This document shows positions 48,401-57,490 of a stretch of 64,000 nt of DNA, piece by piece. The position numbers were made by a program, and so were the translations under genes. The notes beneath the pieces are model-generated. The model saw only the letters and a list, made by a program, of their open reading frames with translations. It was not told where the DNA came from and searched no databases. Each line of letters begins with the position of its first letter. Position 1 is the first letter of the stretch. The DNA lies in IMG/VR virus record IMGVR_UViG_3300031413_000001; one strand, 5' to 3'. The stretch comes from a virus. Lineage: Duplodnaviria; Heunggongvirae; Uroviricota; Caudoviricetes.

Positions 48401-48571
48401 TATGATGATCAGATGCTGAAGACCAAGCTCAGGATGGCTCGTGAGAACCCAGAATACGCCCAGTACGCAGAGCAGCTACAGACTGAGCTCAGCCGTCGTG
48501 GCGTAACGGAGGAAGCAATCTTCCAGGAGGAACTAGACGACCTTCTGAAGAACGCAATGTTCCGTCACTAA
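45404..48571 (+). CDS. Large acidic putative internal head/virion protein (1055 aa)
   Basis: N-terminal GERFRFPANHLSGGRAFAQHI; many (L/V/I)-x-E sites; shares a module with 42132-43730. Confidence 0.7.
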   Translation: MSSLFDSLSDELFQILKGSGKTLTLFGSDGNKTYDPKKARRVFAVPGNLMVSITEAGSDSEVKLYLSQSTDVEEIAPLIQTLRQVTTRFNVLFNVRKFDRELKPKDFAYQVNMTEAAMFGSTKTSYQKFGPTKLMVRHTSPVREGVIGARGRNILSMFVETAEGERFRFPANHLSGGRAFAQHINQGGKAHDEVGTQIAQLALEAIQLASTARYMHYSRKTLGEEAMAIRPTIKNRVLEIRQAFSGLSRPRGYARVTEAGLPMLQNTLLEGVNDEEARLATLLQIDSNHALAEALKPVAILTLGENMTNTNNLFQGVIALEDAAADALVEALADEYGHDVSALNRSSGLLSFTEEAAFQDAQTYLDTVQESYMINEENAIISATRQWYQDRFDDSDYEQTGGMDKDVAKGEDELIAGVTAIVQGHIDMPDFPERGFNFSKAADATVKARSYLDLFVAQHKLANAATLNFVSGIIDKMAEGKKLAPIETFIANTLVKALDDDLGMNEGTVDESMTDWDASQGDRNDTDFNIQYVLQDLSAEEVLNYSGNEHVVMGDDPREFDALSRKELVANARSLIFSQLEGMGTDDLPMSDAAFQKEAEAFVDEHVVPYVSQKGFELNEDDLTEFAAFDDKPEHHGIAAGSNVATDLGAGRVISIEGDIATIEFLNGSTKTLHVDDMDLVEGFSNVAEEAELNEWFGSFKPENVLSRSEEDDESDINHVLGGRVKQEKQPRMWKDHMDEASGSMYHSVFTKLEDGSWAHHFDADDAEDAKDEVRSLKNMGEKSIVIKVPKDQADWTSINPNEFVQQHIAGKKSSQTLPVDEAYGNKAPTFQAWIEYNGEEDVEVDVEYYYDDDRPVIDEIKVKSTGETIEYSTLSQHDQDYLYNGASEDAADRDAHERSYADDAKNDDAMMDRMYGESEELDELSQDKVTNYFSRAAGERGRAERNGDEGKVGRRDRGLNMAFKKMREDDEEVLGGDLGQDLIDDTKVNEAPQDVFAGYDDQMLKTKLRMARENPEYAQYAEQLQTELSRRGVTEEAIFQEELDDLLKNAMFRH

Positions 48572-48580
48572 GGAGTAGGA

Positions 48581-48608
48581 AGCGGGTATCAGGAAACTGG
48601 TATCCGCT
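48581..48608 (+). terminator. GNRA hairpin after 1055-aa gene (no U tract)
   Basis: AGCGGGTATCAG-GAAA-CTGGTATCCGCT. Confidence 0.45.
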
Positions 48609-48737
48609 CCATCCATGAATATAGACTCTGGTGTGCCAATCCTATATACCAGAAATGTGGCCGGGTTGCTGGACACACTGGAGCGGAAAAAGTTCACATT
48701 TTGCCAGTTCTATTTTGCGTTCTGGACGCCAGAATGT

Positions 48738-48745
48738 TATAAATA
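48738..48745 (+). promoter_or_regulatory. Perfect T4 late promoter TATAAATA (SSB gene)
   Basis: 114 nt upstream of gp32-like ATG. Confidence 0.7.
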
Positions 48746-48859
48746 GAACAGTAACAAAGCGGGAATGCTTCGTTGCTTAGAGATTCTTCCGCAAAGAGGA
48801 ATCCACTAACCAAAACAATGGCTCAAAAATAGCCCAATAAAGATAAGGGACCAACCCAA

Positions 48860-49906
48860 ATGGCAACTCTCGACGAAATCCGTGCAAAGCTTCTAGCGCA
48901 GAACACGAAGGCCGAAGGCGGCAACCGCAACGGCGGTGACAACTCCATGTATCCTTTCTGGAACGTTCCTGAGGGCGGATCTTCGATGATTCGCTTCCTC
49001 CCAGACGGTGATCCCAACAACACATTCTTCTGGGCCGAGCGACTGGTCATCAAACTTCCTTTCCAGGGAGTCAAGGGTGAGCACGACCGCGAGGTACTAG
49101 TCCAGGTTCCCTGCATGGAAATGTACGGCGAAACTTGCCCCATCTTGGCCGAGACTCGTCCATGGTGGAAGGATGATTCCTTGCAGCCACTGGCACGCAA
49201 GTATTGGAAGAAGAAGTCTTACTTGTTCCAGGGCTTTGTCGTACAGAGCGGCTTCGAGGAAAAGGAAACCCCAGAGAATCCAATCCGTCGCTTCATGATC
49301 AACACCAGCATCTTCGACATCATCAAGAGCTCCTTGATGAACCCAGAGATGGAAGACCTGCCCACCGACTACGTCGCTGGCCGCGACTTCAAGCTGGTCA
49401 AGACCACGAAGGGTGGCTTTGCCAACTACAGCACCAGCAACTGGTCGTTCAAGACCCGCTCGCTGAGCCCTGCTGAAGCTGGTGCAATCGAGACTCATGG
49501 TCTGAACAACCTGAAGGACTTCCTGCCTGCCAAGCCAACCGCTGAGCAGCTTGAGGCAATCAAGGAAATGTTCCAGGCATCGGTCAACGATGAAGCTTAC
49601 GATCCTGCACGTTGGTCGCAGTTCTACAAGCCTTCGGGCGGTGGCAACTGGAACAACAATTCAGCAGGCAACACCGGCGGTAACGCAGGTGGAAACGCTG
49701 GTGGTTACTCGGCTCCTGCTCCGGCAGCACCCCAGGCTCCAGCAGCTGATCCCTTCGCCGCAATGCAGCGCGCCGCACAGGCAGCACCTGCTCCGGCACA
49801 GGAGTCCGCTCCTGCCCCCGCTCCAGCAGCACGTCCTGCTGGCACTCCTGATGCTTCGGAAATCCTCCGCCGCATCAAGGAAAAGCAGGCTGGCATGAAC
49901 GGCTAA
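48860..49906 (+). CDS. gp32: Single-stranded DNA-binding protein (gp32-like)
   Basis: IRFLPDGD, VPCMEMYGETCPIL, YWKKKSYLFQGFV, GRDFKLVKT.KGGFANYSTS. Confidence 0.88.
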   Translation: MATLDEIRAKLLAQNTKAEGGNRNGGDNSMYPFWNVPEGGSSMIRFLPDGDPNNTFFWAERLVIKLPFQGVKGEHDREVLVQVPCMEMYGETCPILAETRPWWKDDSLQPLARKYWKKKSYLFQGFVVQSGFEEKETPENPIRRFMINTSIFDIIKSSLMNPEMEDLPTDYVAGRDFKLVKTTKGGFANYSTSNWSFKTRSLSPAEAGAIETHGLNNLKDFLPAKPTAEQLEAIKEMFQASVNDEAYDPARWSQFYKPSGGGNWNNNSAGNTGGNAGGNAGGYSAPAPAAPQAPAADPFAAMQRAAQAAPAPAQESAPAPAPAARPAGTPDASEILRRIKEKQAGMNG

Positions 49907-49913
49907 GCTAAAT

Positions 49914-49943
49914 GTGGGGAGAGGAAACTCTCCCCACACCTTT
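49914..49943 (+). terminator. Intrinsic terminator
   Basis: GTGGGGAGAG-GAAA-CTCTCCCCAC-ACCTTT. Confidence 0.7.
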
Positions 49944-50071
49944 CTACTCCAACAAGATCGTCCTGGTGGTCGCTACTATGCGGGTGTGTCATGCCGCGCG
50001 ACTCGGAGGACTGCCGATGTGAAAAGTCGGTGATGGCACTATATCTCCAGAATAGAAAGAGAACGGCAAAC

Positions 50072-51178
50072 ATGAAGCCAGTTGATCTATCAAAGTTCCG
50101 CAAGGATATCACAAAGGGCCTAGACGGTATCTCCGTTGGCTTTAACGATCCCAAGTATTGGGTTTCGACGGGCAACTTTGCCCTAAACTACGCTGTCAGT
50201 GGTGACTTCACCAAGGGTATTCCTCTGGGCAAAGTGACGATGTTCGCCGGCCAGTCGGGCTCGGGCAAGAGCTATCTCGCTTCGGGTAACTTGGTAAAGA
50301 ACGCACAGGATCAGGGCTACTTTGTAGTTCTCATCGACAGCGAGAACGCACTTGATTCGGACTGGCTCACGGCACTAGACGTGGATGTCAGCGAAGACAA
50401 GCTGCTGAAGATTAACGCTGCGATGATTGATGACGTGGCAAAGATCATCAGTGATTTCATGAAGTCCTTTAAGGGAACATACGCGAGCACTCCTCGCGAT
50501 GAGCGCCCCAAGGTTCTCTTCATCGTTGACTCCCTGGGTATGCTTCTCACGCCAACGGACGTCAACCAGTTTGAAGCTGGTGAAATGAAGGGCGACATGG
50601 GTCGCAAGCCCAAGGCCCTGAATGCACTGGTTCGTAACTGCGTCAATATGTTTGGTGAGTGGGACATTGGTCTGGTTTGCACCAACCACAGCTACGCAAG
50701 CCAGGATATGTTTGACCCCGATGACAAGATCACTGGTGGTCAGGGCTTCATCTACGCTTCCTCGATTGTGCTCGCAATGCGTAAGCTCAAGTTGAAGGAA
50801 GACGAAGACGGCAACAAGACCACAACGGTCAATGGTATTCGCTCTCAGATCAAGATCATGAAGACGCGATACAACAAGCCGTTCGAGACTGTTGAGCTTC
50901 GTATTCCATGGGACAGCGGTCTGGATCCCTACTCGGGTCTTCTGGACATGTTCGAGGCAAAGGGCCTGTTCACCAAGGATGGTAACAAGCTCAAGTACAT
51001 CGCACTTGATGGCTCGGAGACCAAGAAGTTCCGCAAGCAGATTGATCACGATATCCTGGATATGGTGATGCTTGAGTTCCCCACCCACATGGAACGCAAG
51101 GAAGAAGCAAAGCGGGCTGAAAAGGAAGCAGAACTGGCAGCAATGGCTGCCCAGGATGCTGCGGAGAATGAAGACTAA
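50072..51178 (+). CDS. uvsX: RecA-like recombinase UvsX
   Basis: GQSGSGKS Walker A, LIDSENA, IVDSLGML, GDMGRKPKAL, KTRYNKP. Confidence 0.93.
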   Translation: MKPVDLSKFRKDITKGLDGISVGFNDPKYWVSTGNFALNYAVSGDFTKGIPLGKVTMFAGQSGSGKSYLASGNLVKNAQDQGYFVVLIDSENALDSDWLTALDVDVSEDKLLKINAAMIDDVAKIISDFMKSFKGTYASTPRDERPKVLFIVDSLGMLLTPTDVNQFEAGEMKGDMGRKPKALNALVRNCVNMFGEWDIGLVCTNHSYASQDMFDPDDKITGGQGFIYASSIVLAMRKLKLKEDEDGNKTTTVNGIRSQIKIMKTRYNKPFETVELRIPWDSGLDPYSGLLDMFEAKGLFTKDGNKLKYIALDGSETKKFRKQIDHDILDMVMLEFPTHMERKEEAKRAEKEAELAAMAAQDAAENED

Positions 51179-51420
51179 TGAGCAACGAGAGCAAACTGGT
51201 TGTAGAGCTCTGGGACTTCTTCAGGGATCAGCTGCCCGCCGGCAAACGCCAAGCCGGTGCAGCTCATCTCCTGAGGTTGTTTGAGGAGTATGGTTTCGAA
51301 ATCGACCACGAGGATATCGAGGGCGAGGACGAATACTTGGACGAGGCAATCGAGCACCTGCATGATAACGATCATGATGATGACGAACTCGGCTACAATG
51401 ACGATTACGACCGTCACTGA
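51178..51420 (+). CDS. Small acidic hypothetical protein
   Basis: TAATG-coupled to uvsX. Confidence 0.7.
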   Translation: MSNESKLVVELWDFFRDQLPAGKRQAGAAHLLRLFEEYGFEIDHEDIEGEDEYLDEAIEHLHDNDHDDDELGYNDDYDRH

Positions 51421-51427
51421 ATATTGA

Positions 51428-51466
51428 ATCGGTAGCTCTCACCTGTTTAGTGTGGGGGCTACCGAT
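51428..51466. promoter_or_regulatory. 15-bp inverted repeat upstream of uvsY
   Basis: ATCGGTAGCTCTCAC / GTGGGGGCTACCGAT with loop CTGTTTAGT. Confidence 0.5.
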
Positions 51467-51479
51467 CATAGGAGCAAGA

Positions 51480-51971
51480 ATGAGCAATAAGTGGTATTCA
51501 AGGGTAACGGCCGTTCCAGGAGATTACACTCCCCTGGTCGACGCTATTGTTCACTTTGAGACTGAACTGGAAGAGGCTCGATTCGAGACCAAACTAAAGG
51601 GAAGTCTCGAGAAGGCCAGCAGTCGTCTGCCAGGCATCACGACCCTTCGCTTTGGTCAACTTCAGGAAGTTGAATCCATCTTGCGGTATCTTGAGATTCG
51701 CATGACTGAAATCAAGGGCGCAGTGTTCAAGAAGTATTTTGAGCACTATCAGAAAAGTCTGAGCGCTCGTGAGGCAGCCATGTATGCGGATGCTGATGCC
51801 AAGGTGATCGAGATCGCACTCTTGATCAACCAGATTGCACTGGTACGCAACCAGTATCTCGCCATCATGAAGGGTCTCGATGCTAAGAACTGGCAGATCA
51901 GCAACTTGACAAAGTTGAAGGCTGCTGGCTTCGAGGACTACTCCGTTGATGACAATTACGCTCCTCGCTAA
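51480..51971 (+). CDS. uvsY: Recombination mediator UvsY-like
   Basis: Helical protein after uvsX; LSAREAAMYADAD, IMKGLDAKNWQI. Confidence 0.75.
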   Translation: MSNKWYSRVTAVPGDYTPLVDAIVHFETELEEARFETKLKGSLEKASSRLPGITTLRFGQLQEVESILRYLEIRMTEIKGAVFKKYFEHYQKSLSAREAAMYADADAKVIEIALLINQIALVRNQYLAIMKGLDAKNWQISNLTKLKAAGFEDYSVDDNYAPR

Positions 51972-52000
51972 CGCGCTCTGAACGTATTGTCAAACACAGG

Positions 52001-52028
52001 AAAAGCGGGCAGAAATGTCCGCTTTTTT
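52001..52028 (+). terminator. Intrinsic terminator
   Basis: AAAAGCGGGCA-GAAA-TGTCCGCTTTTTT. Confidence 0.8.
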
Positions 52029-52040
52029 CCATGTCTGACG

Positions 52041-52068
52041 TTGACAACAAGGCGTGCCCGGCTATGCT
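52041..52068 (+). promoter_or_regulatory. Sigma70-type early promoter
   Basis: TTGACA-N14-GCTATGCT. Confidence 0.6.
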
Positions 52069-52102
52069 ATGGACACATAGACGCAATAGATCGGGAGCGC
52101 GT

Positions 52103-53287
52103 ATGAAGGTGACGGTAAACCGCGGGGACTGGGCTGGCCAGACCATTCGCGGAAAGGTGTTTGAGTTCGTCCGTGGACTCTCGATGGGGCAAAAGGGCCC
52201 GTTCATCACGGTCGATGGCAGCAACACCATGCAGGACAATGACAAGCCCTTCCCGGCTCGGTCGTTTCGGGTGTTCGTTTCCGATCTCTCGGACTTCACG
52301 CTCGAAGATCCAAACGCTGATGTGTTCGCAGAGCGTATGCGGCGCAGCTTCAAGGAAAGCGCAGACCCCGCGCTGCTGAAGTTCGTTCCCGGCGAGGACC
52401 TGATCGAGCAAGTGGAAGAGCGCGGACATACGGTTCCGGCATCCGCTGAGCCCGAAACCAACGAGCAGATCAAGGATCGAATCGCAGAGCGCTTTAAGAT
52501 CCTGAGCAGCCTGAGCCTCGACGTTGCACGTGGCAACATCAAGGGAATGGTCGTCAGCGGTGCATCGGGTGTTGGCAAGAGCTTTGAGGTCGAGGCCGCC
52601 CTCAATCGGGACAGCCTGATCGACAAGCTGAGCTTCAATGCAGACGCAAACGATCAGGACTCGCGGCGTATGACTCGTGAGCGGGACTTCAAGCCCCGCT
52701 ACAATATCGTCAAGGGCTACAGCACGGCGCCGGCTCTCTACAATACGCTCTACGAGTACAGCGAGGCGCGTGAAACGCTGGTGTTCGATGACTGCGACAG
52801 CGTGTTGGGTGACGAGACCTCGCTGAACATCCTGAAAGCGGCCCTCGACACTTCGGGCAAGCGGCTGATCAGCTGGCGCAACAGTGGCCGAAACAACGGC
52901 AGCGATGCGCCCAATCAGTTCGAGTTCAAGGGCAGCGTGATCTTCATCACCAACATTAACTTCGAGAAGATCGTTGACAAGGGCACTGCCCGATTGGCTC
53001 CCCACTTGGAGGCCATCATGTCGCGTTGCTTGTATCTCGATCTCACGATCGACACGATCCGCGAGAAGCTTTGCCGGATCGACTACGTGGCACGTGATCT
53101 CCGGATGCTCGAGAAGCAGTTCAAGCTGGAGCCGGATCAGGTCGAAGAGGTGCTGGACTTCACGCACCAGTACGCCAAGCGGTTCCGGGAGCTCAGCTTG
53201 CGTAAGGTCGGCCAGCTGGCAAGCCTGCGTATGGGACAGCGGGACTGGCATCGGGTCGCGGAAGTCACGTTGTTGAAGCAGCGATGA
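52103..53287 (+). CDS. AAA+ P-loop ATPase
   Basis: GASGVGKS Walker A, LVFDDCD Walker B, IFITN sensor, SRC arginine finger. Confidence 0.85.
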   Translation: MKVTVNRGDWAGQTIRGKVFEFVRGLSMGQKGPFITVDGSNTMQDNDKPFPARSFRVFVSDLSDFTLEDPNADVFAERMRRSFKESADPALLKFVPGEDLIEQVEERGHTVPASAEPETNEQIKDRIAERFKILSSLSLDVARGNIKGMVVSGASGVGKSFEVEAALNRDSLIDKLSFNADANDQDSRRMTRERDFKPRYNIVKGYSTAPALYNTLYEYSEARETLVFDDCDSVLGDETSLNILKAALDTSGKRLISWRNSGRNNGSDAPNQFEFKGSVIFITNINFEKIVDKGTARLAPHLEAIMSRCLYLDLTIDTIREKLCRIDYVARDLRMLEKQFKLEPDQVEEVLDFTHQYAKRFRELSLRKVGQLASLRMGQRDWHRVAEVTLLKQR

Positions 53288-53727
53288 ACTTGCACGCCGT
53301 GGGAATGTTGTCGGTCAGTGAGGTCGACAGCTTCCACCGCCATCGTTACGTGGACGACCTGGAGGATTGGGACCCCTCCAGGTCATTTTATGCCGAGATT
53401 GGCAGCATCTTTGGCATGACGCTTGGCTACAATGAGGACACCAGCAAGGACGCCGAGATTCTCCGGCGCGTGGGCGAAGCCTGTCAAGGTGACTGGTGGT
53501 GGACTTGGGACGAGTACCAGGTGGTTGAAACGAACCCAGTGCATCACAACGTCGAGGTCATAGATGTGTGGCGTCGAGTGTGGTTCCATTTTGACAGCAA
53601 GGACGATGCGATGCTATCCCGAATCACAGTAAGTGATTTGAGGAACGCGCGGTATGCTGACAGTGGAAGAATGCCTAAAGGAGTTGAATCTTCTAGCCAG
53701 CATCCCCCGGAAGGACCAACAGGGTAA
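53284..53727 (+). CDS. Hypothetical protein (F..xDAML motif family)
   Basis: ATGA coupling; WFHFDSKDDAMLSRI. Confidence 0.6.
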   Translation: MNLHAVGMLSVSEVDSFHRHRYVDDLEDWDPSRSFYAEIGSIFGMTLGYNEDTSKDAEILRRVGEACQGDWWWTWDEYQVVETNPVHHNVEVIDVWRRVWFHFDSKDDAMLSRITVSDLRNARYADSGRMPKGVESSSQHPPEGPTG

Positions 53728-54331
53728 CGTCTACGAGATAACCAATACGTGGGACCGTCGCTTTATCGAGGACGTGTCAAGCCACGCGGCGGCCGGACAA
53801 GCGATCAGCACCGCGCAGGGAGAGCTGGCGATCAAATTGATCCAGCGTTACCGCGACCATCTGGTGCAGATTGGCATCGTGGCCCAGTCGGTTGACCTGT
53901 TGATTCAAACGCCCCACTACGCACAGCCTCCCTATCAGAGCACCAACCTTCCCCGTGAGGTCCGATACGCCGGCGATAACAAGCTGGTCTTTCGCTGCAA
54001 ATTCAACAGTGGTGTGATCGAGGATATCAAAAAGCTCAAGGGAGGAAATCACTTTGCCTCTCTTCAGTACCCCACTTTCAATCGAGACCACAAGCTCTGG
54101 ATCGTGGACGTGAATGCCAACAACTGGGAAAAGGCCATGGACGTTATCAAGCGGCACAAGTTCGCTTTTGATGACCAAGTGACCAATTATTTTCTTGAGG
54201 TCTCCAACAGTTTGAGTCAAAAGTCCTCGGTAAGCGTAGAGGGTGATCAGATGACCGTAGTGGTCAGAAACGATGACTTCTTGGCCGCGTGGATTTCTGG
54301 AGTAGCTTCGTTGGAGAATTTGAATGTTTGA
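53654..54331 (+). CDS. Protein with HARP-like domain
   Basis: FRCKFNSGVIEDIKKLKG...FNRDHKLWIV pattern; coupled to SNF2-like gene. Confidence 0.5.
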   Translation: MLTVEECLKELNLLASIPRKDQQGNVYEITNTWDRRFIEDVSSHAAAGQAISTAQGELAIKLIQRYRDHLVQIGIVAQSVDLLIQTPHYAQPPYQSTNLPREVRYAGDNKLVFRCKFNSGVIEDIKKLKGGNHFASLQYPTFNRDHKLWIVDVNANNWEKAMDVIKRHKFAFDDQVTNYFLEVSNSLSQKSSVSVEGDQMTVVVRNDDFLAAWISGVASLENLNV

Positions 54332-55859
54332 CACACAGACGCTTCCGGCCAGTCCGGAACTGGCTCGCCGTCTCCTTGCATTCAGTCAGATGAATGGTCT
54401 GGTCTTTGATGAAAAGCTGGCAGACCTTGCCTCACAGGATCTGCTGGACATTCGCGATCTCGCGGACAAGCCTTGGAAGTTTGATCCCTTGATGGTAAAT
54501 GCCCTCCAGCACGTACAGGACTGGCGTGGACGAGCAATGCTACTGGAGAGCGGTAACGATCGCAGTCGGGTGGTTGCTCTCGCCAATGCTGCTCTACGGG
54601 GCGGCAAGACGCTAATCCTGGCACAACCAACCTTTTACTCTCAGTGGGCTGAACTAGTCCGCAAGGCATGGCCGGATGCCAAGATCAGCATCTTTGGAAA
54701 CCCCCGATATGCACCCAAGGATGCCACGTATCCTGAGGGGCTGGACTTCTGCGATCGTCCCGACTTGGATGCCGACTTTCTGATCACCAGCTATGGCGGG
54801 GTGATCTGGCACGATCTGATCGAACGCCTGGACGCCAATCAAACCATCGTGGAAGAACTAGACCACGTTGGAAGCATCAACTACAAATGGAAGGACGCAG
54901 TCGATGGCTTATTTCATGAGATGCCCGCTCCTCTGTTTATTCAAAACATCCACAACTTGCCCAACGACACTGGCCGTGACAATATGGCCAGCTTGCAAAT
55001 CAGTGGCAGCAAGGCAATCCAGTACCTTGGACAAATCGTCCATGGGCTGATGTGGGCAGGACTATCTGTTACTAGGCCACTGGTTGCTGGATCCATGCGG
55101 GACGTGGAAGGCTACTTGACTGAGAAGGCCTACGAGGGTGCTGACATGTTGGGCATCCTAAACATCATGGGTGTCAGCAGTCACCTGATCTCAACCAACG
55201 AAAGCAAGACCAATCTTGTCTTCTTTGATGACACCATCTCCAATCTCCGCATCGACGTCCTGAACCGAAAGGAAAGTGGACTCAATCGCATGGTGGAGCG
55301 GGAAGAGGATTTGGAGCGCACCAGCGACCTCAGCATCTCCCAGCTAGTGTGGCATGCCCTGAACGGCGACAGTGTCAAACAGGAGCTCATTGGCGGCCTA
55401 CGAACTAATCAGTGGGCAAACCTCAAGTCTCAGCATTTGAAGACGATCCACACCAATCTGACCAACAAGATGTCCCACAGCCTCTTCCTCGTGGAGAATC
55501 AGGATTTGAAACGGAACCTCCGTCTTCAGCTGGGTCCACTGATTGAGGATTATAGCACGGCTCCCGATCTATCCTACTTGGTTGCCCGATATCACTACCC
55601 CAATCATTCCACGTATGGGATGAGCATGATCCAGATGACCAACATTCGACGGCTGGGAAACATGATCGTGACACTGGATGATCTGATTGAACAGCCATCC
55701 CTCTTGGAGTCATCCAACTTCTTGTTCCTCCCCGAGTGGCCTCTTGACCGTGATGTCTATGAAGCCATCAAGGCGGCTGCGGAAGCCAGCGGCACCCGAT
55801 TGGTGACCAGCGTTCTAAACGGAACCTTTGAGCAAATAATTCACGCTCAACTTCAGTAA
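54324..55859 (+). CDS. Degenerate SNF2/SF2 helicase-fold protein, probably ATPase-dead
   Basis: GRAMLLESGNDRSR in place of GxGKT; KTLILA...QW; LITSY; IVEELDH in place of DExH. Confidence 0.55.
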   Translation: MFDTQTLPASPELARRLLAFSQMNGLVFDEKLADLASQDLLDIRDLADKPWKFDPLMVNALQHVQDWRGRAMLLESGNDRSRVVALANAALRGGKTLILAQPTFYSQWAELVRKAWPDAKISIFGNPRYAPKDATYPEGLDFCDRPDLDADFLITSYGGVIWHDLIERLDANQTIVEELDHVGSINYKWKDAVDGLFHEMPAPLFIQNIHNLPNDTGRDNMASLQISGSKAIQYLGQIVHGLMWAGLSVTRPLVAGSMRDVEGYLTEKAYEGADMLGILNIMGVSSHLISTNESKTNLVFFDDTISNLRIDVLNRKESGLNRMVEREEDLERTSDLSISQLVWHALNGDSVKQELIGGLRTNQWANLKSQHLKTIHTNLTNKMSHSLFLVENQDLKRNLRLQLGPLIEDYSTAPDLSYLVARYHYPNHSTYGMSMIQMTNIRRLGNMIVTLDDLIEQPSLLESSNFLFLPEWPLDRDVYEAIKAAAEASGTRLVTSVLNGTFEQIIHAQLQ

Positions 55860-55876
55860 AACCTCGATTTTCTTGG

Positions 55877-55882
55877 TAAATA
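55877..55882 (+). promoter_or_regulatory. Late promoter core TAAATA (uvsW)
   Basis: Upstream of uvsW, followed by GCCCTACTG/CAGTAGGGC hairpin. Confidence 0.5.
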
Positions 55883-55996
55883 GAGAGCGGTGAATCTGCT
55901 CTCCAGTTATATTGACGTAGCCCTACTGGACTCTGTATTCTGGAGCATACAGTAGGGCTTTCCTACGACCCGCAAAAACAGAACATAAGGGGTCGC

Positions 55997-57490
55997 ATGA
56001 CAATCAAGAAATGCAAACTCGTCATCCATGACGAGGTAAACGCCAGCTTCGAAGACTTGGACCCAAAGACGCGCCGTGAGTGCAATGCGGCTCTAAAGTT
56101 CTTCATTCACGCCGCACGTCACATGCCTGCTTTCAAGCTGGGTCGGTGGGATGGTTGCGTGAGCTTTTTCGCCATCAATGGCAACACCTATGTGAACCTT
56201 CTCGACAAGGTTCTGGATATCGTAATCAACAATGGTTACGAGATTGAGATCCAGGATCATCGCGTTGCGCGGACTTTTGAGTTCCCCTACGTGGATGAGG
56301 ATTACATCGCAAACAACGCTCCCAATCCAGTGTGGCCCAAGGGTCACCCGGCTGAGGGCGAACCAATCACCCTGCGTGATTACCAGGTGGAGATCATCCG
56401 AGCCTTCTTGGAGAATCCACAAAGCATTCAAGAGATTGCAACTGGTGCAGGTAAGACGCTCTTGACGGCAACGCTCAGTCACTTGTGCGAGGCGCACGGT
56501 AGGACGATCATCATCGTTCCCAACAAGAGCCTCGTGGATCAGACTGAGAGCGACTACAAGAATCTTGGTCTTGATGTGGGCGTCTACTATGGCGACCGCA
56601 AGGAGTATGGAAAGAAGCACACAATCTGCACTTGGCAGAGTCTTGCCATCATGGACAAGAACAGCAAGAAGCAGACGCTGAAGCCAACCCAGCAGGACAT
56701 TGACACGTTCACCAAGGACGTGGTTGCCATCATGGTCGACGAAACCCACATGGCCAAGGCTGACCAGCTGAAGAGCCTGCTTTGCGGACCATTCGCCAAC
56801 GTTCCAATTCGTTGGGGCTTGACAGGTACGGTTCCCAAGGAAGAGCACGAGTTCACCAGCATTTTGAGCGGACTGGGTCCGGTTGTAAACCGCCTGGCCG
56901 CAAGTGATCTAATGGACATGGGTGTGCTGAGCAATCTTCACATCGATATTCTCCAGCTCATGGACACTGTGGAGTTTGACAACTTCCACGAGGAAAACAA
57001 CTTCCTGGTCACTGATCCCAATCACTTGGATTGGATTTCGGAGTTTGTCAACAAGACTGCTTTGACGGGCAACACCCTGGTACTGATCAACAGGATTGAG
57101 ACTGGAAAGCAACTTGCAGAACGTCTCCCGGATGCAAAGTTCGTCTATGGTAGCAGCAAGGCGGCAGACCGAAGTGATGCCTATGAGGAGATTGGTCAGG
57201 GAACAAACTTGGTCGTTATCGCCTCCTATGGTGTTGCGGCAGTTGGCATCAACATTCCACGAATCTTCAACCTGATCCTCTTGGAGCCGGGCAAGAGCTT
57301 TGTGCGAATCATTCAGAGCATTGGTCGTGGTATTCGTAAGGCAAAGGACAAGGACTTTGTTCAGGTCTATGATATCGCATCCACTTGCAAGTTCAGTGCC
57401 AAGCACGTCACTGAGCGAAAGAAGACTTATAAGGCCGCCAACTACCCCTACAAGGTAACAAAGGTCGATTACATCAAGGACCTCTCCTAA
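55997..57490 (+). CDS. uvsW: UvsW-like SF2 DNA helicase
   Basis: LRDYQ, ATGAGKT, VDETH, GLTGT, IQSIGRGIR. Confidence 0.92.
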   Translation: MTIKKCKLVIHDEVNASFEDLDPKTRRECNAALKFFIHAARHMPAFKLGRWDGCVSFFAINGNTYVNLLDKVLDIVINNGYEIEIQDHRVARTFEFPYVDEDYIANNAPNPVWPKGHPAEGEPITLRDYQVEIIRAFLENPQSIQEIATGAGKTLLTATLSHLCEAHGRTIIIVPNKSLVDQTESDYKNLGLDVGVYYGDRKEYGKKHTICTWQSLAIMDKNSKKQTLKPTQQDIDTFTKDVVAIMVDETHMAKADQLKSLLCGPFANVPIRWGLTGTVPKEEHEFTSILSGLGPVVNRLAASDLMDMGVLSNLHIDILQLMDTVEFDNFHEENNFLVTDPNHLDWISEFVNKTALTGNTLVLINRIETGKQLAERLPDAKFVYGSSKAADRSDAYEEIGQGTNLVVIASYGVAAVGINIPRIFNLILLEPGKSFVRIIQSIGRGIRKAKDKDFVQVYDIASTCKFSAKHVTERKKTYKAANYPYKVTKVDYIKDLS

